Source of the DNA: the human T2T-CHM13v2.0 reference genome, Homo sapiens
NCBI RefSeq assembly: GCF_009914755.1
Contig: NC_060944.1
Reading direction: 5' to 3' (one strand)
DNA length: 64,000 nt
Shown: positions 1 to 12,397 of the stretch, piece after piece
How the letters are laid out: each line of letters opens with the position of its first letter
Numbering within the stretch: the stretch's first letter is position 1
Position numbers and translations under genes: made by a program
Notes under the pieces: generated by a model
The model's input: the letters and a program-made list of their open reading frames with translations, nothing else
What the model was told of the DNA's origin: nothing
Database searches by the model: none

Positions 1-98
1 TAGGGTGCCCCAGACAGAGAGTCCCAACCATGCTGGGACTCTGCATCTCTTGGCTCATGTCTCTTGAGCCAAAGCAAAGAACTAAGCATTATTCAAGA

Positions 99-130
<32 letters not shown>

Positions 131-133
131 GTG
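99..133. repeat. (TG)n microsatellite
   Basis: gtgtgt run with one interruption. Confidence 0.95.
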
Positions 134-396
134 TAGCGGCCAATGTGAGGGTGTGTGTGTGTTTAGCTAAGGAACAGAGGAGGACATCTCTTCCCCCCTC
201 CACTTACCTTCACACATCTGCATTTCTTCAGTCTGAAAGGTGGGAAGATGAAGAGAGCCAGGCACGCGTCTAACTGGGCTGTCTAATCCTTGTTTTCCAA
301 AACAGGCAGCTCAGGCTTGGGCTGCATTTTTTTTCTGCCAATTTTTGTACTGTAATTTATGTAACCATTGGTAGATTTTTAAACAGTATCTTTTAT

Positions 397-838
397 AGTA
401 GGTTAAATATGGCTGCAAATTCTTTGCTACTTCTCTCACTGAGAGACGGAGTATAATGCCTGACTAACGGAACATGGTGGAAGGGATGTTCTGGAACTTC
501 TGAGGCTTGGTCTTAGCAAAGCTGTGGCTTTTGCCTGTGTCTCTGTGAACATTCTCTGTGGGAATGCTGAGCTACAGTGTAAAAAGCCCAAATGCTCTGT
601 CCACCATGCCAAGAGGCCGCATCTGGGATGTGGGTATACTGGTCAACAGTCACTGCTGAGTGAGTAAACCTGTCTTGGATTCTAGAACAGCCCATCCACT
701 AAGTGACCAGAAGAATCACCTGACCACACCCTGCCCAAATTCCTGACCCACAAAATCTTGAGATAAAATGAAGTGATTGTTGTTTTAAGACCCTAACTTT
801 TGGAGAAGTTTGTTAAGAAGCAAGCAATAACTGGAACC
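397..838 (+). mobile_element. MaLR solo LTR (MLT1 family)
   Basis: MLT1-like text: aaattctttgctacttctc...gatgttctggaacttctgaggc...gttgttttaagaccctaacttttgg...ataactggaac. Confidence 0.7.
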
Positions 839-1293
839 GTAACATAGAGGAAAGAACATCTGTGGTGTTAGATCTGGACTCAAATCACAGCTCCATTATT
901 TATCAGCTACGTGATCTTTTCTAGCTTCTTCTGGCCTCAGTTTCCTCCTGTGTTAAACAGAGGTCATTCTAGCTACCTCCTAGCCTCATCATGAAGATGA
1001 AATGAGAAAACAGATGGAAACAGAGCCTGGCTCATAGCAGGTGCTTCAAAATGTTTCTTTCCTCTCTTCTCAGCCTCACCATGCCCTCTTCTCTAGGGCT
1101 TTCTGGGATGCCCAGTGAGGGGAATGCAGCAAACTATATAGCACCTCCACTACTCAAGATTTTGGAGAAAAGAATTCCAGGAGAATGTTACTGAGAAAAT
1201 GACTCTGGACCCCTGCTCCAGAGAAACAAAATTATTTACCTGACTTGACTTTTGAAAAATGGATTTACTTGAAGAGCTACTCCAATTTAATGA

Positions 1294-1633
<340 letters not shown>

Positions 1634-1674
1634 ACAAAAACAAGAATTAGATTTTTTAAAAAACAGATACCTTG

Positions 1675-2288
<614 letters not shown>

Positions 2289-3658
2289 CTAGATATCTTG
2301 TAGCCCACAGGCTATCCATTTTTATTCAAAGCATCAGAAGTAAGAAAATGAAGAAGGGCTCTGTGTGCCCATAGAGTGGGTGGGATTTTGCAATAACCGA
2401 GAAGCATCAGTGGCTTTCAGGCAGGAGGCTCTCTCCCTCCCTCTGTCAGTCATCTTGGAGATGTCCAGAGGCTGCAAGATGCCCAACCATGCACAGAGGT
2501 GGTGAGAACCGCTACCGTGGCGGCTCCAGGAGAAGAGGCCCAGAAATGGACATTTGAATGATTGAAACTGCCTAAAGCACTCCTGCTTTCAAAGCTTGCT
2601 CCATGTCTCACATTGACATGGAACAATTAGCTGAAATGGGAAACATATCAACTCAGGCTGCCCTCCCTCTTATATTTCAGGCAGTGTTCTACTCTACACA
2701 GCAAGTCCCCAAACAGGTCTCCCTTTCTTTCCTGCCTGCAGTCATTCCCAGAAGTTTACCTCTAAGGAGCTCATGTTCATCCAGACTTTGAGGCAGGGCT
2801 CACCAATGCTGCCTTCTGCGCTCCCCTCTCTGTTCTCATCCTGGTCCTTAATGTGCTCACATTCCTGACACCTGTGAGATGTCATAGCATGGCTGCCCTC
2901 TCCATGACGTCCTGACCTGAGATTTGGATGCTGCCCCTTCCTGCACATTTCTATAAACTAGGCTGCATCCCTGGGAACTGGAACTCCCTAATAAGTCAGG
3001 GACATGAACCCCAAATTCTAAACACTTGGACCTCAGAATCCACCACCTGGATTCGTTCCTGGCCAAATAAATGACTGTGGCCAGTATGTGTGTGTGCTAT
3101 ATTTATAAAGCACTTTTGATGTTAGGTTTATTTAAGCTTCACAATTCTTCAGTGAGGTAGGAAATAATCCCATTTTATGGAGGAAAAGCTGAGATTTGGA
3201 AAAGTTATCCCCAAAGTTACACAGCTACTAAGGGACAGAGCTGGACTTCAAATCCAAGTTGTTTGATCCCAAACTCAGTGCATGTCCACCATTTCATCCT
3301 ACCTTTTGATTACGGTTGACATTATAAATTAAATTTTCATGTCCCTAAATTGGATTTTTAAGTAAGCAAGCAAGATCTCTTCCTACCTAAGCACCTAGCA
3401 CATTAGCTGGAGAACTAACTGCAAAGCGCTGAAGCCACACAGATTGTTACCAACTCAGCTCTCTCCCCAATGGATTTGCCATGAGTTTTTTAAAGGATAT
3501 TAAAAGTTACCAATTATGGAACTCATTCTAGGTGCCAGGCCCTGTGCCAGTCTCTTTACATCCATTATCCCACTTAATCTTAATATCAGTTGTCTAAGAT
3601 AGGCATTATTCTTCCCTTTTTGCACACCAGGAAACTGAGGCTCAAGAAGTCAAATATT

Positions 3659-3927
<269 letters not shown>

Positions 3928-3945
<18 letters not shown>

Positions 3946-4086
3946 AAAAGTAGAAGACGAAGATGAAGAAGAATAAGAAGAGAGAAAAGAAGAAGAGAAG
4001 GTTAGAGAAAAGAAGAGAAGGAGAAGGAGAAGGAGGAGGAGAAGGAGAAGGAGAAGAAGAAGAAGAAGAAGAAGAAGAAGAAGAAG

Positions 4087-4117
<31 letters not shown>

Positions 4118-4433
4118 CAAATATCTGGAGAAGAAGAAGAAGAAGAGGAAGAAGAAGAAGAGGAAGAAGAAGAAGAAGAGGAAGAGGAAGAAAGAAGAAG
4201 AACAAGAAGAAGAAGAAGTCAAATATCTGGAGAAGAAGAAGAAGAGGAGGAAGAAGAAGAAGAAGAGGAGGAGGAAGAAGAAGAAGAAGAAGAAGAAGCA
4301 GGAGCAGGAGAAGAAGAAGAAGAAGAAGAAGAGGAAGAGGAAGAGGAAGAGGAAGAGGAAGAAGAAGAAGAAGAAGAAGAAGAAGAAGAAGAAGAAGAAG
4401 AAGAAGAAGAAGAAGAAGAAGAAGAAGAGAAGA
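3928..4433 (+). repeat. Compound (GAA)n/(GAG)n polypurine array derived from the Alu tail
   Basis: Pure (GAA)21 at 4053-4115 and (GAA)23 at 4358-4426, with GAG/GGA interruptions. Confidence 0.97.
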
Positions 4434-5228
4434 CAAATATCTGGAGCCGGGATTTGAGCCTGGCCCTTGACATATGTCCTAGGCCTCTTACACTCTCCTT
4501 ACCAGCCCCTGTCCCTTAGGCCTGGGCCCCTGATTTGCCTGTCAGAGAAGCCAGAGAATCTGGGCCTTTTAGCTTTTATCCTAGGAGGCTGGAATAATCT
4601 CCTTCTAAGGGGGTACTAAGGGGGACGCCCCAGGGAGAACAGGGTTCTGATGAGGGGTGGAGGAGAGGGGTGTGATGCTGTACTGGCTTTGTTCACTAAC
4701 ACAGCTACTAAGGGAGCTTTGAGAGAGGCCTCTCAGTGAAGAGCCCGGGTCAACCCCCATTCCCTCGTTCAGGTACGACATGCCCTGGGAAGCTGTGACT
4801 CATTAGGGCTCCAGAGTCTCTCACAGGTCATTCCTATAGGATGTGCTTGTACAAGGTCTATTTGTATATTTGTGTCTTTATCATATTCTGAGGGATCTGG
4901 ATTTCTGCCTTCTCCAAACTCCCCCTTCTCTTCACCTTAGTTTGTCTGTAGGAGTCAGGAAACCCAGTGCGTCCTCTTGACAGAGGGGAGGTTGTTCTAA
5001 CAACATGAAAATGGGTGGTCTTTATTCATAACGTGGGACTAGGTCACCAAGATGACAGATTGGTAACAAGGTCTTAGGTGACCAGTTCCCAGCATCCCGC
5101 AAAGGGTTTTCTCTACTAAGCAGGAAGTCTGAAGTTGTTTCTCTAGGATGGTCCCCAAGTCTTGTCTGTTTCCCATCACAGCCCTGAGCGGGAAACTGCA
5201 GCGGACTCTTGATTTGGATGGGAAACTG

Positions 5229-5234
5229 TTTATT
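5229..5234 (-). terminator. Polyadenylation signal AATAAA of SEL1L2 (short 3' UTR)
   Basis: tttatt on the plus strand = AATAAA on the minus strand, about 60 nt downstream of the stop codon. Confidence 0.8.
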
Positions 5235-5294
5235 TAGTGGGGATACCTTGGAGTGAACTGATTCCCGTGAGCAGGTTTTCCTGTGATCCGCATC

Positions 5295-5414
5295 CTACCC
5301 ATGGTGATTTCTAAGCAACAAAATCAGCCCAGGAACAATGAGGCCAATCACAAATAAGTCCCAGTGTGGTCCAATGGTGTTGTCCAGTTTCAGCCAGTTC
5401 CATCTCGTTGTGAA
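5295..5414 (-). CDS. SEL1L2: SEL1L2 last coding exon: FTTRWNWLKLDNTIGPHWDLFVIGLIVPGLILLLRNHHG* (includes the predicted transmembrane helix)
   Basis: 120 nt including TAG at 5295-5297; tandem CAGCAG acceptor at 5415-5420; hydrophobic stretch LFVIGLIVPGLILLL. Confidence 0.96.
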   Translation of the reverse strand, partial: FTTRWNWLKLDNTIGPHWDLFVIGLIVPGLILLLRNHHG

Positions 5415-6000
5415 CTGCTGGCAAGAGACATTCTCTCAAAAACAATCCAAGCTTCCCACCTCCACTCAGAGCCACCATCTCTTCCCAAACCCACCACCAC
5501 CAACCCTCCTCCCACCCATTCCCTTTGCTTCCTTCAGTCTTGGAAAACACAATCTTCGCTTGCTTACATCTTCCACAAGGGGCTTAAATAGCACCTTTAG
5601 AATAACCCCAAAGATTTAGACACTTTACTTTTTTTCAAACTGTAGCTGTTTGTGGTATCCCTTGCCACCTGCCGTCTGCCTACCAGTCTCGGCTATTGAT
5701 GGTAAGAACTGTTTTGAAGAAGTATATATAGCACATGTCACTGTGCTTAAGGCTTTGAATGTAGTGTGTACTGGAAAAGAACATCTGCTGAATGAATTAA
5801 TTGCTTATACTCTGAAGTGTCAACACATACTCAATAGAACATGCAGAATTACTCTGCATGGCAAGTGTAAGACTCTGAATTTTACTTCTCAAAGGAAAGC
5901 CAGTCCACAAGAGACTCCCTGATGGGCCTTGTCACTTTGTCCCTAAGAGTTGCTCACTGGAGACTTTCAGAGATTCAGGACCTGTTCAAGACAAACTTAC

Positions 6001-6129
6001 ATTAAAAAACAGGATATCCCGGAGCAAATGCGTAGTTTCCAGTTTCATGACGGCAAAGAGCACAGGTATGTGGGCATCTGGACTCGTTTGAGCAGCCATG
6101 TCGTACAATCTTCTGGCCAAGTGAATGTC
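6001..6129 (-). CDS. SEL1L2: SEL1L2 penultimate exon: DIHLARRLYDMAAQTSPDAHIPVLFAVMKLETTHLLRDILFFN
   Basis: 129 nt, phase 0-0; acceptor ctccttctag; donor GTAAGT. Confidence 0.96.
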
Positions 6130-6199
6130 CTAGAAGGAGAAGAATAGCCCTACCCATCAGATTCTGTAGGGGTAAGTAAACAGACACCATTGTTCACAA

Positions 6200-6687
6200 T
6201 ATCAAATGTAATTAAGGTTACAGGTCTTAAGATAGGGAGATTATCATGGATTATCCAAGTGGACCTCAGATAATCAAATGAACCTTTAAACAGAGTTATC
6301 TCAGGGCTGGGGATGGAAGAAAGAGAGATGTGGTGGAGGGAGACTTCAGATTGATTCTCAGCATGAGGGACTCAACTTGCCATTGTTGGAAGGGGCCACA
6401 TGGAATGAGAAGGAATTTGGACAGCCAATAAGGAAACAAGAACCTTGGTCCTACAACCTCAATTAACTGAATTCCACCAAACAACCGGAATGAGCCCTGC
6501 AGTGGATTCTTCCCCAGAGCCCTCAATAAAGAACAGCCTTGATTTTAGCCTCGTGAAACCCCAAACTGAAGACCCAGTCAGATCACCTGGGCTTTTGGCC
6601 TACAGAAACCGTGAGATAATAAGCTTGTGCTGTTTTAGGTCCCCAAATTTGTAGTGATTTGTTACAGCAAGCATAGAAAACTAACAC
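6200..6687 (+). mobile_element. MaLR LTR (MLT1D/E-like)
   Basis: gtaattaaggtt...gagattatcatggattatccaagtggacc...gtagtgatttgttacagcaagcatagaaaactaacaca. Confidence 0.75.
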
Positions 6688-6762
6688 AATCTCCAGAAAG
6701 CTTTCTTGGATACCCCTGGAACAGCTCCTAGTTGTGATTCCAACAAATAGGGTGGAGAATAG

Positions 6763-7050
6763 GGCCAGGCACAGGGGGGTTCACGCCTGTAGTCCCAGTA
6801 CTTTGGGAGGCCAAGGCAGGTGGATCACTTGAGGCCAGGAGTTCAAGACCAGTCTGGCCAATATGGTGAAACCCTGTCCCTACTAAAAATGCAAAAAGTA
6901 GTCAGGTGTGGTGGTGCATGCCTGTAATCCCAGTTATTTGGCACGAGAATTGCTTGAACCCGGGAGGCAGCGGTTGCAGTGAGCCAAGATCATGCCACTG
7001 AACTCCAGCCTGGATGACAGAGTGATACTCTGTCTCAAAAGAAAAAAAAA
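6763..7050 (+). mobile_element. AluS
   Basis: Alu body and A tail. Confidence 0.9.
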
Positions 7051-9012
7051 ATTGTACAGTTCTCTAAAATAAGTCAGAATACAGGTAGTTAGTAATCATT
7101 ATCTACAATTCTCATTATCTTCATAGTACTTACCATACCTGAAGTTCTAGAATTTATTTATTCATTTGTTTGTCTCCAGGTCCTCAAAAACAAGGGCTTG
7201 GACTGTCTGTTCACCCCTGAATTCCCAGTCCTCAATGAAGTGCCTAGTACGCAGTAGGTCTTTGATAATACTTACAGGATGATGAAGAAACTATTTTTGG
7301 CTCTCATGTTGAAGACAGAGTCCTCAAATGACATAGTACTATATTTTCAGGAGCTTTTTTTTTTCATGAATTATGCCATGGCTTTTTTTTTCATCTACTC
7401 ATGCCTTGTTTTATGTGTTGCTTTATTTTTGGTTTGCCCAAACAGAGTGACCGTAGACAAGGTGGAGCTGCTTTTAAAGGTGAAAGTGCCCTGGGCCAGT
7501 CCCAGAATTAGATTTTGCTTGGGTGCCCATGGGCTATTTTCAAAAGAAAGGGAAGAAGAGGAATTTTTCACAAACTGTGGTCATCCTAATATCTGTCTTT
7601 CTTGCTCCATTACTTAGGCTTTGATACTTGTGAATCCTTGAGGATGCTGTTAAAACTGTGTTTTTTTGCGGGGGGTGGGGGTGATGTCTTCTCTCAGCTG
7701 TGTTCTGCTTATTATAGCTTAAATATTTTCCAAAGCTTTATGGTCTGGTAAATTGATTTGTTGAAGAAAGAGGAAAGTTCTTGCTTAAAATACAATTCAG
7801 GAGATTGGAACAAATCTTCCTGGCAACATTAAATAGATGTTGTAAAAACCCTAATTTGTGTCTCTGATTCCAACAAATTCAGTGTTCATTTGAAAGCACC
7901 CTGCAGATGATAACAGCTTTCATGCTGCACACGTGAAAGACATATTGACTTGGATGGGACATTCGGGGAAAATCTCAGGCATTCATGCTTATTTCTTGTT
8001 TTGAGGCAGTCAATAGTTATTCACTTATGTCTTGCGGTAGAAGCATTACAATTCAGTCATTTAGTATTTTATAGTAAAAAATAGTGAGAAATACCATTAA
8101 AGTGGGATGAACTCACTCCTTGTCCAGGAGACCTCACAATTTGCAGTGTGTGTGGGGCTGGGGGGTGATGTGAAAGCCTTTCTTTAAAATTCCCAGAGAA
8201 GGAAATTCTTGAATGCTTCTAGCTAACTAGGGCAACTCATAAAAGAAATTTTAGTACTAGACTAGAAAAGACTCCTCATTCTTTGACCCTATTTAGTAAA
8301 AAAATCTAAGTCATGCAAACAAAAAAATCTCCTCCAGATGGTGTTTTGAAGATGACCACAGTTCATTAAATGAGAAGTCCACTACATACCCAGTCCACTT
8401 AGATTTAACTTTTCTGTGGTACATTTGAGTTTATTTTGCTTTAAATTCAGTGATTAAAGAGGTTATGTAAACCGAGCTGCAGACTCTTGTTAAAAGAACA
8501 TGTTTTTAACTAAAATGTTATGTGGATACTGCCCAATATTCAGATGTTCAAAATAGCTTCTTTTAATTCAAAGATACAGAATTCTTCTGCAGTGAAATAG
8601 CTGGTTTATGAAAATTGTACAATTGCCCGATGCAGGAGTTTTCCAGCCCCAAATCTTTGGATGTCATAAAAAAAATTTCTTATACTGGGACAGAGCATGT
8701 GAATGGGAAGGTCGTTTTTGACTAATTTATTCTTATTTTCTTTTTATAAATATATCATATGTTAATTAGAGGGAACTTAGGAAATATAGAACTGAACAAA
8801 TAAGAAAAAAAGCCACCCACAATCTCACTGTACAGAGATAACTACTGGTAATATTTTATACACATTCTTCTAGCATTTCATGTATATTCACATATACATA
8901 CTTTTTAATTTAGAAATTTTTTACTCAGCATAATATTACATCTTCTGTTTTCTTAACCTAACAATATATTTCAAATAATATGCAGTGTCCTAATATATTC
9001 CGCTAGCCTATA

Positions 9013-9323
9013 ATTTTTTTTTTTTGAAAACAGGGTCTCACCATGTTGCCCAGGCTGGAGTACGGTGGCAGGCTTTTGGCTTACTGCTGCCTCCACCTCC
9101 AGGGCTTGAGCGATCCTCCCATCTGGGCTTCCTGAGTAGCTGGGATTACAGGGACTACAAATGTGTGCCACCATGCCAGGCTGATTTTTGTATTTTTTTT
9201 TTTTGTAGAGACGGGGTTTCACCATGATGCCCAGGCTAGTCTTGAACTCCTGGACTCAAGTAATCTGCCCACCTTGGCCTCTCAAAGTACTGGGATTACA
9301 GGCGTGAGCCACTGTGCCCAGCC
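9013..9323 (-). mobile_element. AluJ-like
   Basis: Reverse Alu body; TSD-like tagcctataat / tagtctacaat. Confidence 0.85.
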
Positions 9324-10581
9324 TAGTCTACAATATTTTTAACGGTTGCAGAGTATATTGTAATAATGGTTAATATGTATTAAATACTTACTGTGTGCCA
9401 GTTACCACTGTCATTTAATCTTCAGGACAATTCTATAGGACAGGTGATACTATTAACTTCACTTTGAAAATGAAGATATTGAGGCACAGAGAGAAAGTCA
9501 CTTACTCAAATTTATATGACTTGCAAGTGGCAGAGCAGGGATTCAAATCTCAGATTGTCCCTAGGTTGTCTGCTTCTAGTATTCTCACTTAATCACTAGG
9601 CCACAAAGTACATTGTGGAATAGTATACCACTATACAATAACGTATATAACATGGCTTCTATTTTGGAGCATTCTCGTTACTTGTAGAAATTTGTTCTGT
9701 AACTAATAAAGCTATACACACACAAAATACTGTTTGTGCATATTTCTGATTATTTCCCTAGATGATAGATGTTTATTTCATGAAAAGTTATGATCATTTC
9801 TAAGAAATGTGTTTTCTGTCCTGCCATATTTCTGAGAGGGCCATTTTAAATACCTAATTTTAACTTATCCTTTCCAGAAAATAATTCTGGTGTTTAAAGC
9901 TTCAGCTGTAACACTCCATGGGTGGTCAGACCAGACCAATGAGAAATAAAAATGCATTGTGTCATAATCATTTTTATTTTTGACAGGTCTATTGATAATT
10001 TATTTGGTAGATGTGGTTTTGTTTTCTCTGCAGAATCCAAAAATACATGTTACCTAGTAGGTCTACATATATGTATTTGAAACTCTTCCCCAAAGGATAA
10101 TTTCCCCCACCTTTCTGCCATACTTTAGAACAGCTTTCCTATCCATTGTCTTTAAACAGGCCTGATTTCTTCCATGTAAAAAGGTTGTCATATGTTTCTC
10201 GTACTCCATGGTACAAAAATATTTTTGAACAGGACCTGGCAGTGCTGATTCCCCTACCTGAGTTAGCTGGTAGGTATGTTAAAGAGGTAATCTTTAACAT
10301 ACTTATGGTACTTTATTTTTAATTCTTTTCAAGTGTGCGTGTGCCTATACATGACTGTCATTTTAGGCTTAACTATAGCTATGGACAAGTCTCTTCTGTA
10401 GTGGACTGTGAGCTCTTTGAAGGCTGTCTTGTTCTTATTGTATCCACAGAACCAAGCACAGTGCTTCCTGATATAGGAAATAGTCCTTGATAAATATTTG
10501 AGTGAATAAATAAATGAATGAAAAGCAGAGTGCAATACCATGATGGTTTAGAAGTAGATATCTTTTAAATCTGGGGGTTCT

Positions 10582-10952
<371 letters not shown>

Positions 10953-11959
10953 TCAATGGGCATAAATATGGGGTAAGATCATTCCAGCAAAAGGATGATA
11001 TCTCAGGAGGGCTCAGGTCAAGGTCTTTGAGGGGAAGGAATAAGTAGCCTAGAATCTATATAGGGCAAAGTGCTATATCACACCACTATTACCAAGGTAG
11101 GCTAGGTCACTGGGGGCTTTGAATGTGGAATAGAAGTCTGGACTTCATTTAGCAATAAAAAGTAAATAAGATTCTTTTTATTTGTATGTTTGCTTGTTTG
11201 TATTTTTTGGCGGTTTTATTTGGGGGAGAGGGTAGGATAGAGGGGTGGGTAGGACGGAGGAGGTAAAGGTTATACTTTATCAAGAATGACCTGTCAGTGC
11301 TTTGTTAGATGAATTATTTATTAAGATAATGCTATCTGTAACAAATCCCCAAATTTTAATGGCTTAACACAATAGAAGTTTATTTCTCCCCCATTCAGCA
11401 TTCCAAAGCGTATGTTCCTGGTTGGTGGTGAATTTTTTTCATGTGGTAATTGTGGGGCCAAACTCCTTCCATCACCTGGTTTTGGGGTCCCCTAAAGCCT
11501 TTGTATCTCCTGGCGCCTTCAGCCAATGGATGGGAAAGAGACTGGGGGCAGCCACATCTACTTCTTGGCTGCCTTAGCCCAGAAATGACACCCTTCACTT
11601 TCACTTCCACTTCCACGCCCTTGCGAGAGCTAGCAGGTGGATCCAAAGGAGGCTGGAGAACATAGTCTTTGACTAGGCAGGTGCACCCCAGCTACAAGTC
11701 CTCACTATGGATGGGGGATTGCAAATCTTTGGTGAACAGAGTCATCTCGGTCACAGATTTAAAGGGAGAACACTAGAATTGAAGACCCCTGAGTAGTCTT
11801 TACTACAAGCTGAGGTGAGCAGAAAGTCAGACCTGAGCCAAGGTACAGACAGAAAGGATGGCCAGGAGGGGATGGGCAACAGGCTTTGTTCATGGTGCAA
11901 TTTCCGAAGTACTTACAAATCAAGTATCAACTGAAAAACTGTTTCTTTGTTTTTTGGGG

Positions 11960-12238
11960 TTTTTTTTTTTAAGAGGGAACCTCGCTCTGTCACCCAGGCT
12001 GGATCTTGGCTCACTGCAACCTCTGCCTTCGGGGTTCAAGCTATTCTCGTGCCTCAGCTTCCCAAGTAGCTGGGACAATAGGCACATGCTACCTTGCCCG
12101 GTTAATTTTTGCATTTTTAGTAGAGACAAGATTTTGCCATGTTAGCCTGGCTGGTCTCAAACTCCTGACCTCAAGTGATCTGCCCACCTCGGCCTCCCAG
12201 TGTGCTGGGATCACAGGCGTGAGCCACCATGCCTGGCC
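11960..12238 (-). mobile_element. AluS
   Basis: Reverse Alu body with a short internal deletion. Confidence 0.85.
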
Positions 12239-12323
12239 CTCTGAGAAACAGTTTCATAACAACTTGTGTGTGAATGCTTGTGTTTCTGAACTACTTCAGG
12301 TCCTCTCCCAGTTCCTCCCCAGG

Positions 12324-12397
12324 CATTATTCAGTGTTCTCAGAACAATGATGCAGTCACTCCCATTATTCATTGTTCCCAGAACAATGATGCAGTCA
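12324..12397. repeat. 39-bp tandem duplication
   Basis: cattattcagtgttctcagaacaatgatgcagtca followed by cattattcattgttcccagaacaatgatgcagtca. Confidence 0.9.

Noticed and set aside
4111-4447. Recurrent gtcaaatatctggag unit separated by variable sequence, superficially CRISPR-like
   Set aside because: The intervening sequence is simple GAA repeat, the unit is the Alu TSD plus flank, and there are no cas genes; this is primate DNA.
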